From assembly GCA_028534125.1 (NCBI GenBank), contig CM052816.1:69814001-69878000 (forward strand): 64,000 nucleotides of DNA. The letters are read 5' to 3'. Positions 13,036 to 23,838 of the stretch are shown here, one piece after another. The notes below the pieces were generated by a model that did no database searches, had not been told where the DNA came from, and saw only the letters and a list, made by a program, of their open reading frames with translations. The stretch is from Lama glama (lineage: Eukaryota). The first letter of the stretch is position 1; each line of letters opens with the position of its first letter. The position numbers were made by a program, and so were the translations under genes.

Positions 13036-14586
13036 ATCACATTTCAAGAAAATGTGAATATTTGCAATGATACAAGGCAAATACCATTGGAATGTTAAAA
13101 CGAAGGGGCTACAGGGTCTCTGAGAAGGAATATCTCTCCTTTAGCTCTTATGATTAGAGATTGAGAAAGTGGTATTTTGGCAGGTATTGTTGGATTTGAT
13201 CCTGTGACATTAGAAATGCCAGATGACATCTGATATTTGATCTAGAAGATAATGAAATTTGGATATAGTACAGTTAAAATTCCAACCCTCCCCCCCCCCA
13301 AAAAAAAACACAGGGGGAAAAATTCTGTGTAAACACTAACACCATTTAAAAAGCAAAAGGAAAAAGCCCTAAAAAATGGTATTTTAAGCATCATTTGTTT
13401 TATACAGTGAAACAATTGAACAATCCCTTGGATTTCTCTCTAAGGGATTTGATCTGCTGTTTCTTCTTACCATGGTACATAAAGTCCATTCTTAAAATGA
13501 ATTAACTTCAGTTGAGGTTTCTTATACTGAGACAATTCTGATAAAATTGGAGTCCATACTCCATAGTAATAGTGTTGACAAGTACTTTTAAGAAGCCCCT
13601 AAAATAGTAAGAATGACTCAAGACTAGTAATTTTCAGTGAAGCTTGGTATATTCTGTTTAAATAATACCAGCAAAGAGATCCTGTTTGGATATTGTTCTT
13701 CAACCCCAGATGGAAATGTCACTTTATTTTTATTTGTCTATATAGTCCACTACTTCTGTCTTCAAAGAACTTAAAGGGACTGGCATAAAATAATAATAAT
13801 TTAGAAATGAAATAGAAGATAAGGACAAAGAAAGTCTAGTATGACCCTCTGGGTCATATCACTGCTTTAATTGGATTTTATATTTAGTGCTCTGAGTTTC
13901 CAAAAAATTAAAATCAAAAATATGATCTCTGACATATTTCTCATGATTGGAAAAGAGGGAGGAAATGTCTTCCACGGGGAAGATAAAAGCTGTTCTAGCA
14001 CAATTCTGAAAGGCGTTTCTATGGGAGACACTCAGTGATTTAATGAGTATATCCATGACAACATTTTTATAGTAAATGTAAATCTGAGTTTTTTGTGACT
14101 TTTTCTTATGGCTACATTACAGTTAAGACCCTAGTATTAAAATGCCATGGAGTGAAGTGATTTTACAGCCTTCAGCAAGCTCTATTTGAACTTCATTCAA
14201 AGATAGCATTAGACATCCCATAGAGAAAGATGGATGGGCTGGCCCTTTAAATATCTTCTCTAAATATTACTTCTCTCTGAAGGGGATCTGATGAAGAGCA
14301 GAAAGTAGGCGGTTTTATTTCTTGTCCAGGATCTGAAGCACAGATACTACTGATTGTGGAAAATCCACATTTGAACTTTGCAGCCTGATGAGAGGGTGTC
14401 AGATTTTCAGCTGTGAAAGTTGAGTCCTGAGTGGTATTCTTGCCTCCCTGGAAGGTCAGTCACCTTTTAGAAGTGGACAGACTATTATAATTTCAGTAAA
14501 TTGTCATTGACTTAAAATGTAAATCCCCCAAATTCTTAGATCTGATAAAAATCCGTATTTAACTGGGATGGTTAAAAAGCAACTGT

Positions 14587-14772
14587 ATTTCAGAGAACAA
14601 ACTAGTGGTGACCAGTGGGGAAGTGGGGTGTGGGAGGCACAAACTGTTCGGCATGAGAGAGGCTACAAGGATGTATCGTACAGCATGGGGAGTACAGCCA
14701 GTGTTGTATAATAACTAAGTGGAGTGTAACCTTTAAAAATTGTATTAAAAATTTTTTTAAATCCTAGGGGAA
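14587..14772 (+). mobile_element. Severely 5'-truncated L1 3'-end insertion with 13-bp TSD
   Basis: L1 3'UTR-like agagaacaaactagtggtgaccagtgggga...; TSD aaaaagcaactgt at 14574-14586 and 14773-14785, preceded by TT (TT/AAAA L1 endonuclease site). Confidence 0.85.
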
Positions 14773-17700
14773 AAAAAGCAACTGTGTATCTTTTTGTCAC
14801 TTAAGTAGATCACTATGATATAAGGAGAATTTTTATTGTTAGCTATTATTTTCTCTGCATTCATACAGCATGTTTACTGAGCCTCTTCTGTGAACCAGAG
14901 TATCCTTCTCTATGTGTTTCTGCACACAAGTATATGCATATATGCATATTTCTGCATATAGGCATATTTCCATTTTCTTAGAAAATACTTTCTGCTCTTC
15001 AATTTTTTCATATGTATGTTTTTATTTTATTAGATTTTTAAAATATAAAAACTATAGGGGCTATTGTTTCAAGTCCAATCATTCAAGAGGTATATTAAGA
15101 AAAATTTAATAATCTTTACTCTCTGTCTACTCCCCAGTGTTACCATCCAGAGTTATCAGTTTGATGTGGCTTTTTCCATACCTTTCTCTGTGCTCCAGGA
15201 ACTTTAACAGTTGATACAATGTGTCTAAAACTTAAATGTATAATATTGGTGATCTTTTTAATGGAGTCATATTTATTGTGCTGGCAAGCAGGAAAAAATT
15301 CCCTTCATTATAATTGAGTTTCTATCGTGTACTTGTTTATTGGTTTTTTTCTTGAGGGAAGGGAGGGGAGTCTTTAGTCTATCATTCTCTAGAATAATTT
15401 AGAAGCTGAAGACCCTACCTTTGAACAGAAGCTTTTCTATTCTCAACAGAACCAAACTTGACGTATGTGATAAGAAGCTTGTACTTCTCTGATGGTTTTG
15501 ACTCTCTTCTCTGTCAATGTGTGTGTTTGTGTAATACAAGTTTAGATATGCTCGTTAATTCTGAGACTGGCTCCAGTTTTTCAGTATCGGAGCTAAAATT
15601 CATTCCCTGCACCCTTCTCAAAATTCAACACTTAAGTATCCTTTCATTGAGCTTTTGTTAAACAGAAAAGGAATCTGTTTCATAGTATTACTTGGTGTGT
15701 ATTTAGTAAGTGTACAGAATCCTAGGAACAGCATGACCCTAAAGTTGCAAAAAGAAAGATTTAGCAAATCTAAATACATAGTTATGATGTCACTTTCATG
15801 CCTTTGATAATACTTGAGGATGATAAGTCTGAAACAAGATGGATGACTATTGGGGGAAAAAAGACTACTTTGTGGTAAAGCTTAAATAGCAGTGGTATTT
15901 GAAATATTTCTAGATTCCCAAGATTTTCAAACAACCTCTGAAATACTATGCATAGAGAGCCTTTCCCAGGTTTAAGTTGTTACTCATTGCCAGCTTTTAC
16001 TGAAGAAAATCAAATAGACACACGTACTTTCCCAAAATTCTGCTCTCAAACCTGATAAGCAATAATTATAGAAATGTGTTATGAGTCAGTAGATGAACAT
16101 TTGCAAAGGATGTCTAAGAACGCAAACAGTAGTATTCTCGTCTACATGTGGGGAAATACAAGGAATGAGGGAGTTACAGGAACATACAGGAAGGAGTTCC
16201 AAGGTTGAGTGGCCATTTAGTAGTGGATTGAAAAATAAGAGCCCTGCTGTACTTCTTGCTAGTCTCAATGCAACTGTGTAAGGACAGCCATCCTTTCCTG
16301 GAAACTACAGTAACCTGAAGGAAGAGGCAGTGGCTTCATCGCATCCAGTTGGTTAATCTCCTCTCTGTCAATCACGTGCGTACGATCTGAATAGACTCTA
16401 AATTCACATTTCTGGAGCCACATGGTCAAAATAGCACTTTATATTCAGTGTGAAATTCTTAAAATGAAAACCAGCTGGCAGATGGGAAGGGTTCTGGGGG
16501 CTGGGGGGAAAGGGGGAGGGGAATATTGGGTGTGCAAGGGGTTCATGATTTTCCAGAGAGCTTTTTATGCTTTGTGCAGATACAGGAATATTTTTTAACC
16601 TCAGTCATGCGACACGAATGAATTTCTTAAACCTAAGCTAAAATAGTCTAATTTATAATATTTCACAAAAACACAAAAGCCATCAAGATAGTTATACAAG
16701 CCGTTCCAAAGCCTTGCCTTTAAGGATAGAGTAATTTGCTCATTTAAGGAATTCTTTTCAACAATTTCATAAGTACTAGTTAATGAATTATGTCTTCCGA
16801 TGCTTTAAGTAAGTCCTAGCTTAATAACCTGACTTGAGAGAGGGAGAGAGAACAGCTAGTTCAGTTCATGTCCATTTCCATCTCTTGTTAAGGATTTCCA
16901 CCCATTACATGGTGCGTGTTTATCTGTCCCGTTTCCTTCTCTTTCCCCAGGTTGTGTAGGAAGTATCCTATGTCTTGTGATTTGCAGGGTCAATGGTCAT
17001 GTCAGAACCAGGCAAATCCCATTCCAGAACACAAGGCTTTTAGTTACTGATCCAAGCCTTGCAATCCTTAAGTCATACCAGACACCAGAGATCTTTACAG
17101 TTTCTCAAATCAGATTACCCACTTCTAACAGCACCAAAAAGCAGTTCCACCTGTGACCAGGTGACTACATACTTGATGTCTGTGACTCTCATATAAGAAG
17201 TCAGAATTCAGATATTTCTGCAGCTGCAAGGGAATTCAGCTTGCCCGTGTGTTTTACGCAAAGTGTGTGCTGCATTAAACTTGCTAAGAAGTATGCAGGT
17301 TACACGTGCTGTAAGTCTAGAAGAGAAGCTGAAGTCAAATAGGCAAGAATTTAGTTCTCATATCCTTATTTCTCTAGAGCCACATCTTCTCTTCTTTTGG
17401 CGTGAAAGGTTAGATGTCATAAATAGGCACCTAGAATTTACAAACCCTATTTCAAGGACTCTGAGGTCTAGATCCCCTTGTGTTAAATGTAATAAAGATA
17501 AGGTATCACGTGATTTATTCACTAAAAATAAATTTGTGGACACACAGAGGTAAATTCCATTTACATGCATCACTTTACATTATTCTGTTATTAATGCTTA
17601 CTTTCGAGTGAAAAACAGCACAAGCCATAATTTGTCAGGCATTGGCATTATATGATTTTTGTTTTCAAATGCTATGATAGAATTGCCATCTTACTGATGG

Positions 17701-17977
17701 AAAAATCAATGTGATAAGGGAAGAAAGAAATACATAATAATTTCAAGGTAAAATAGGACCATTGTGCAAAACACTAACTTGCCTGTTGCCTAGAGAACTC
17801 TTAACTGTGGGAGATAATAGTCCAAGGCGTGACTAAGGAAATTTTTATGGTGGATACGCTGTATAATTCTGTTTCCACTTCTGAGTCTGGAAAATGGGAA
17901 AAAGTTCTATTTAGAAAATATTTTCAAACACATTCAAAATAATGTAATTTTTAAGAACGTTAATTTATCATTTATAG

Positions 17978-20900
17978 TTTTTAATTTAAATATAGTTGGT
18001 TTATAATATTACATGAGTTTCAGGTGGACAGGATAGTGATTCAGTATTTTTACCATTTATATTCCATTGTAACTTATTACAAGATAATGGCTATAATTCC
18101 CTGGGCTATACAGTATATCCTTATTGCTTATCTATTTTATACATAGTAGTTTGTACCTCTTAATCCCATACCCCTAATGTACCCCATCCCTTCCTCTCTC
18201 TCTCCCCACTGGTAACCACTAGTTTGTTTTCTATATTTGTGAGTCTATTTCTGTTTTGCTGTATACATTCATTTGTATTATTTTTTAGATTCCACATATT
18301 AGTGATATTGTACAGTATTTATCTTTCTCTGATTTATTTCACTAAGCATAATATTCTCTAGGTCCATCCATGTTGTTTCAAATGGCAGAATTTCATTCTT
18401 TTTATGACTGAGTAATATTCTATTTTTTATATATACCACATCTTTATCCATTCTTCTTGTGATGGACACTTGGGTTGCTTCCATATCTTGGCCATTGTAA
18501 ACAGTGCTGGTGTGAACATTGGGGTACATGTATCTTTTAGAATTAGTGTTTTCATCTTTCCCAGATATATGCCCAGGAGTGGAATTGCTGGGCCATATGG
18601 TAGTTCCATTTTTTGAGAAACCTCCAGATTGCTTTTCATAGTGGCTATACCAATTTACTTTCCTACCAACAGTGTACAAGGATTCTCTTTGCTCCATATC
18701 CTCACCAACCTTTGTTATTTGTAAACTTTTTTTTATAGCCATTCTGACAATCATGAGGTGATACCTCATTGTAGTTTCGATTTGCATTTCTCTAGTAATG
18801 AATGATGTGGAGCATCTTTTCATGTGCCTATTAGCCATCTGTATGTCTTCTTTGGAGAAACGTCTACTCAGGTCTTCTGCCCATTTTTTGATTGGGTTTT
18901 TTTTTTTAATATTGCATTGTATGAGCTATTTGTATATTTTGGATATTAACCCGTTATCAGTTATATCACTTGCAAATATTTTCTCCCATTGCATAGGTTG
19001 ACTTCTACATTTTATTAATGGTTTCCCTTCCTCTGCTAAAGCTTTTAAATTTATTTGTTACATCTGTTTATTTTTGCTTTTATTTCTTCTGCCTTAGAAG
19101 ACAGATCCAAAAGAATATTGCTACAATTTATGTCAAAAAGTGTTCTGCCTATGTTTTCTACTAGGTGTTTTATGGTTTCAGATCTTACTTTAGACCTTTA
19201 ATCCATTTTGAGTTTGTTTATACATGATTTGAGTAAATGTTCTAATCTCATCGTTTTATATGTAGCTGTCCAGTTTTCCCAGCATCACTTTTCTACATTG
19301 TATATTCTTGCCTCCTTTGTTGTAGATTAATTGACCATAGGTGTGTGGGTTTATTTCAGGGCTCTCTATTCTGTTCCATTGATCTCCATGTCTGTTTTTA
19401 TGCTAGTGCCATACTGTTTTGATTACTGTAGCTTTGTGGCATAGTCTGAAGTCTGAGAATGTGATAGCTCCAGCTTTGTTCTTTTTTCTCAAATTTGCTT
19501 TGGCAATTTTGGGCTTTTTGTGGTTCCATATGAATTTTAGAATTATTCTAGTTTTGTGAAAAATGTCATGGGTATTTTGGTAAAGATTGCATTAAATCTG
19601 TAGATTGCTTTGGGTAATATGGCCATTTTAACAACATTAATCCTTCCAATCCAAGAGAACTGTTTATCTTTCCATTTCTTTGTATCATCTTTGATTTCCT
19701 TCATCCATGTCTTATAGTTTTCAGAATATAGGTCTTCTCCTCCTTGGTTAAGTTTATTCCTAGGTATTTTATTCTTTTTGATGTGATTTTAAATGGAATT
19801 TTTTTTTTAACTTTCTCTTTCTGATAGTGTGTTATAAGTGATAGAAAAGCAACCAATATTTGTATATTAACCTTATATCCTGAAAATTCTCTGAATTTAT
19901 TTATTAGTTCTAATAGTTTTGGGGTTGTGGCTTTAGGGCTTTCTATATAAAGCATCTTGGCATTTGCAAATAGTGATAGTTTTACTTCTTCCTTTCCAAT
20001 TTGGATGTTTTTTGTTTGTTTGTTTCCTTATATGATTGCTGTGGCTGGGTTAAATAGAAGTGGTGAGAGTAGACCTCCTTATCTTGTTCCTGAATCTAAG
20101 GGAAAGGCTTTCAGCTTTTCACCATTGAGTAAAATGTTAGCTGTGGGTTTGTCATAAATGGCTTCTATGATGTTGAGATGTGTTCCCTCCGTATCCACTT
20201 TGATGAGTGTTTTTATCATAACTGGGTGTTGAATTTTGTTAGATGCTTTTTCTGCATCTATTGAGGTGATTTTTATTCTCCCCTTTGTTAATGTGGTGTA
20301 TCACATGATTGATTTGTAGACATTGAACCATTCTTAGGTCCCTGGAATAAATCCAGTCCAACTTGATCATGGTGTATGATCCTTTTTACATGTTGCTTGA
20401 TTCATTTTACTAGTATTTTGTTGAGGATTTTTGCATCTAAATTCATCAAAGATATTGGTCTGTAATATTTTTTGTAGTGTCTGTCTGGTTTTGATATCAA
20501 GTTAATGATGGCTTCATAGAATGAATTTGGGAGTGTTCTATCATCTTCAGTATTTTGAAACAGTTTGAGAAAGATAGGCATTAGTTCTTCTTTATATGTT
20601 TGGTAGAATTCCCCTGTGAAGCTGTTTGGTCCTGAACTTGTTTGCTGGGAGTTTGATGTATACAATGAACACTTTAACAAGGAAGTGGAAAATATAAAAA
20701 AGACCCATTTAGAAATAAAGAATTCAATAACTGAAATAAAAAACGTACTAAAAGAAATGAATAACAGCAGATTAAGGGATAAAGAAGAATACATACATGA
20801 TCTAGAAGATAGAATACTGTATACATCAGGTTATTTCACTCATTTAGTTAACATTTTTATTACCAATGCTTTGAATTCTTTATCTTATAAATTGTTCATT

Positions 20901-21320
20901 TCTGTTCCCTTTAAGTGTGTGTTTTTCCCCTCTCCCACACCAGGACCTTTGCTCCAGACAGGGGGAGTGCTGAAGCAAATGTTAGTCTCAGCAGTCCTCC
21001 AAACAGCCGAGTGGACTTGTCTCCCTGCTATAGGACCCCAGGACTGGCACTTACTGTGGCTTACTCCCCAGGGTGGATGTGCATCCACCTGTAAAACCTG
21101 CTTTTTCCTCTGAGTCCTCTCCCAGGGACACAGGTTCTGACCCAGTTGCTTTCCTTCTCTTCTTACCCAATTATGTGTTTATCTTTCTCACAGCCTTAGT
21201 TCTACAAGAGTTCTTCTGCCAGTTTCTGGTTAGTTTTCAGTGAGAACTGTTCCACATGTAGATGTGTTCTATGGAGAGAGATGATGTGTTCACAGAGGGA
21301 GATGAACTCTATAACCTCTT
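17978..21320 (-). mobile_element. Rearranged LINE-1: 3'UTR plus ORF2 (17978-20653), inverted ORF1 piece (20654-20817, plus strand), ORF1 N-terminal part and 5'UTR start (20818-~21320)
   Basis: ORF2 motifs in minus ORFs 18299..18838, 18427..18639, 19701..19955, 20402..20794; plus-strand ORF1 coiled-coil [24 protein letters not shown]; minus-strand L1 5'-end motif acatctacatgtggaacagttctcactgaaaactaa. Confidence 0.93.
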
Positions 21321-22424
21321 GATCCAAACCCTCAATGTTTATTTTGTTTGAGGGTGCTGTATTTAATAATGAGGTATCCAGTTGTAACCATAGTTTATTT
21401 TCATAGATAAGAGTATTTCTGCAGGAGACTGCAGGGGTGTGGGTGTCTGTGAGTATGAATTTGAATATTTTGATTTTATTTATTTATACTCCCCTTTCTT
21501 TCACAAGAGGATTTGAGGTGATAGACTCTAATATTGATTCTGACAGTGGGTATGATTTTATGTAACACTCTTTACTTCAGACTGAAATGGGTGTTAATGA
21601 CTTCCTCTCTGAGAAGACTTTTGATTCAGACAGAATAAAAAGTGTGATTTAAAATGTACAGTTAGAAACTTCCTGATCTGGCCTGATCTGAACTGTTAGT
21701 TGAACAGTTAATCAAGAATTGGTAGTGTTTTACCATTAAAAAAATAATAAAATGTATACTCTAAATAATTTATTTTAACTTAAAACATACAAATGGTATG
21801 AATCTTTTGATATTGGGCCAAGGCCTTTTCTATGAGTATGTGGCCACTAATCAGAGTTCTGTATTAGATTTCTTGCATAAAACACAGCCATTACTTATGA
21901 TTTTCAGCTCCTGTTTCTTTAAAGTAGAACCATAGTTAAAGACACTTGGGAAGCCATCTGCCCCTTTTCCTCCCAATCCTTTATAGTCATCTTACCTAAA
22001 TCTAATTTGACAGCAGTTTGTTTTCAGTGACTGACTTTTATTGATTTCTTTGAACCCATCCGATTTAGTTTTTCACAGAAATAGAAATTCTCTTCTCTAG
22101 TTCTTATGTTATTCATTGGGGTCCATTTAATTTAATGAGAATTGTAAAAGAACTCTGGAGCAGAAATGGGCAGATGTGCCAAAGAGCAGTCCACTGGTCT
22201 CAAGCATCCAGGGTGTAACCACATCACATGGATGCTGATCCACTGGGTGTGGATGTTCACTGTGTAGACAGCATCAATCATTGTCTTGTACCAGGGCGAT
22301 GAAGAGTCAGCTAGTTCTAGACAGTTAAGTGGAGGTTAATCAAAAGAGCTTTTATTGTATCTGCATGAAATTTTGTTTTGAAACCAGCAAAAGATTTATT
22401 TTCATCTGTGATTCCTTGATTTTT

Positions 22425-22924
22425 TTTTTAATTGAAGTACCCTTAGTTACAGTGTGTCAATTTCTGGTGTACAGCACAATGTCCCAGTCATGCATATACA
22501 CACATATATTCACTTTCATATTCTTTTTCATTAAAGGTTATTATAAGATATTGAACATAGTTCCCTGTGCTATACAGCAGAAACTTTTTAAATCTGTTTT
22601 TATATATAGTGGCTAACATTTGTAAATCTCAAACTCCCAAATTTATCCCTTCCTACCCTCTTTCCCCAGTAACCATAAGATTGTTTACTATGTCTGCGAG
22701 TCTATTTCTGTTTTGTAGATGAGTTCATAGTGTCCCTTTTTTTCTTTTTTTTTCTTTTTTTTAGAGTCCACAGATGAGTGATAGCATATGGTATTTTTCT
22801 TTCTTTTTCTGGCTTACTTCACTTAGAATGACAATCTCTAGGTCCAACTATATTGCTGCAAATGGCATTGTTTTATTCTTTTTTATGGCTGAGTAGTATT
22901 CCATTGTATAAATATACCACAACC
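22425..22924 (-). mobile_element. 5'-truncated camelid-type L1 3' end with decayed 16-bp TSD
   Basis: Poly-T then attgaagta...tctggtgtacagcacaatgtcccagtcatgc; tgattccttgattttt (22409) vs tgacgccttaattttt (22925), 13/16 identical. Confidence 0.9.
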
Positions 22925-23442
22925 TGACGCCTTAATTTTTACCTTCTGTCATGCCTCTTTTGGATCAGTTATGTGGCAAATGTTGTTATTACTGTCTTGC
23001 CTCCTTTTTTTCATGCACTTATTTCTACCTGACTTCACTTAGTTACGTATTTATTTAATCTATCAGTTCCTTCTACTGCTGAGGAAGCTCCATGAGGCCT
23101 GGGGCTTGTAACCTGCACCTTTGTATCCCAAGCTCAGAACAGTGAATGTGGAGACTGAGGGAAATGTGGCTGTTTCCTTGGAGCCCTTGTTTCAGCCCTA
23201 TCTGATGTTCTGACTTGTCTCCCACCAAGATCTGGTGATTTCTACTTTGAACAAGAAGGAAGGACAGAGAGTACATACCACGCATGGACCTTTGGTCCTC
23301 CTCCCTGATCTAGCCCTTTAACTACCTTTCCAATCCAGTTGCTAAATCTCCTCCTGATTCCAGGGTGGGGAGCCTAATGGTTCATGCTGATAAGCCATGG
23401 ATTGAATCTTAAGCAGGGCTTTCGTTTTTTGACTTTTGCTTT

Positions 23443-23545
23443 TTTTTTTTTTTTTTAACCTTTTTTAATGAAGGTTCTGGGGATTATACCCAGGACCTCA
23501 TGTATACTAAGCACACATTGTACCACCGAGCTTCACCCACCTCCC
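23443..23545 (-). mobile_element. tRNA-derived SINE (camelid Vic-1-like)
   Basis: Poly-T tail, ctggggattatacccaggacctcatgtatactaagcac...ccaccgagct; TSD tgacttttgcttt (23430) vs tgatttttgcttt (23546). Confidence 0.85.
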
Positions 23546-23576
23546 TGATTTTTGCTTTAAAAAGTTCAGTTAAGAA

Positions 23577-23838
23577 TAGAGTTTTTTCAGCCTGAGCGTT
23601 ATTGATATTTGGGGCTGGATATTCTTTGTTGCAGGCAAGGGGAAGCTATCCTGTGCATTGTAGGATATTTGACAGCATCCCTGGCTGTTACCTGGTAGAC
23701 AAATGTAGCAACTGCTCCCTTCACCCACCCCACCCTCACCCCCAGTTGTGCCAGCCAATAATATCTCCAAACATTGCCATAAGTCCCCTGGGAGCTGGGG
23801 GTGGGGTAGGCCTCTTCTCCCCTTCAAGGACTAGTGGT
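23577..23838 (-). mobile_element. MER20 (hAT-Charlie) non-autonomous DNA transposon
   Basis: tcctgtgcattgtaggatatttgacagcatccctggc and tctccaaacattgcca...gtcccctggg are reverse-complement MER20 hallmarks. Confidence 0.85.

Noticed and set aside
16951..17160. Strong acceptor (tttccttctctttccccag|G) as another exon
   Set aside because: No convincing donor or recognisable peptide; cannot be supported without RNA data
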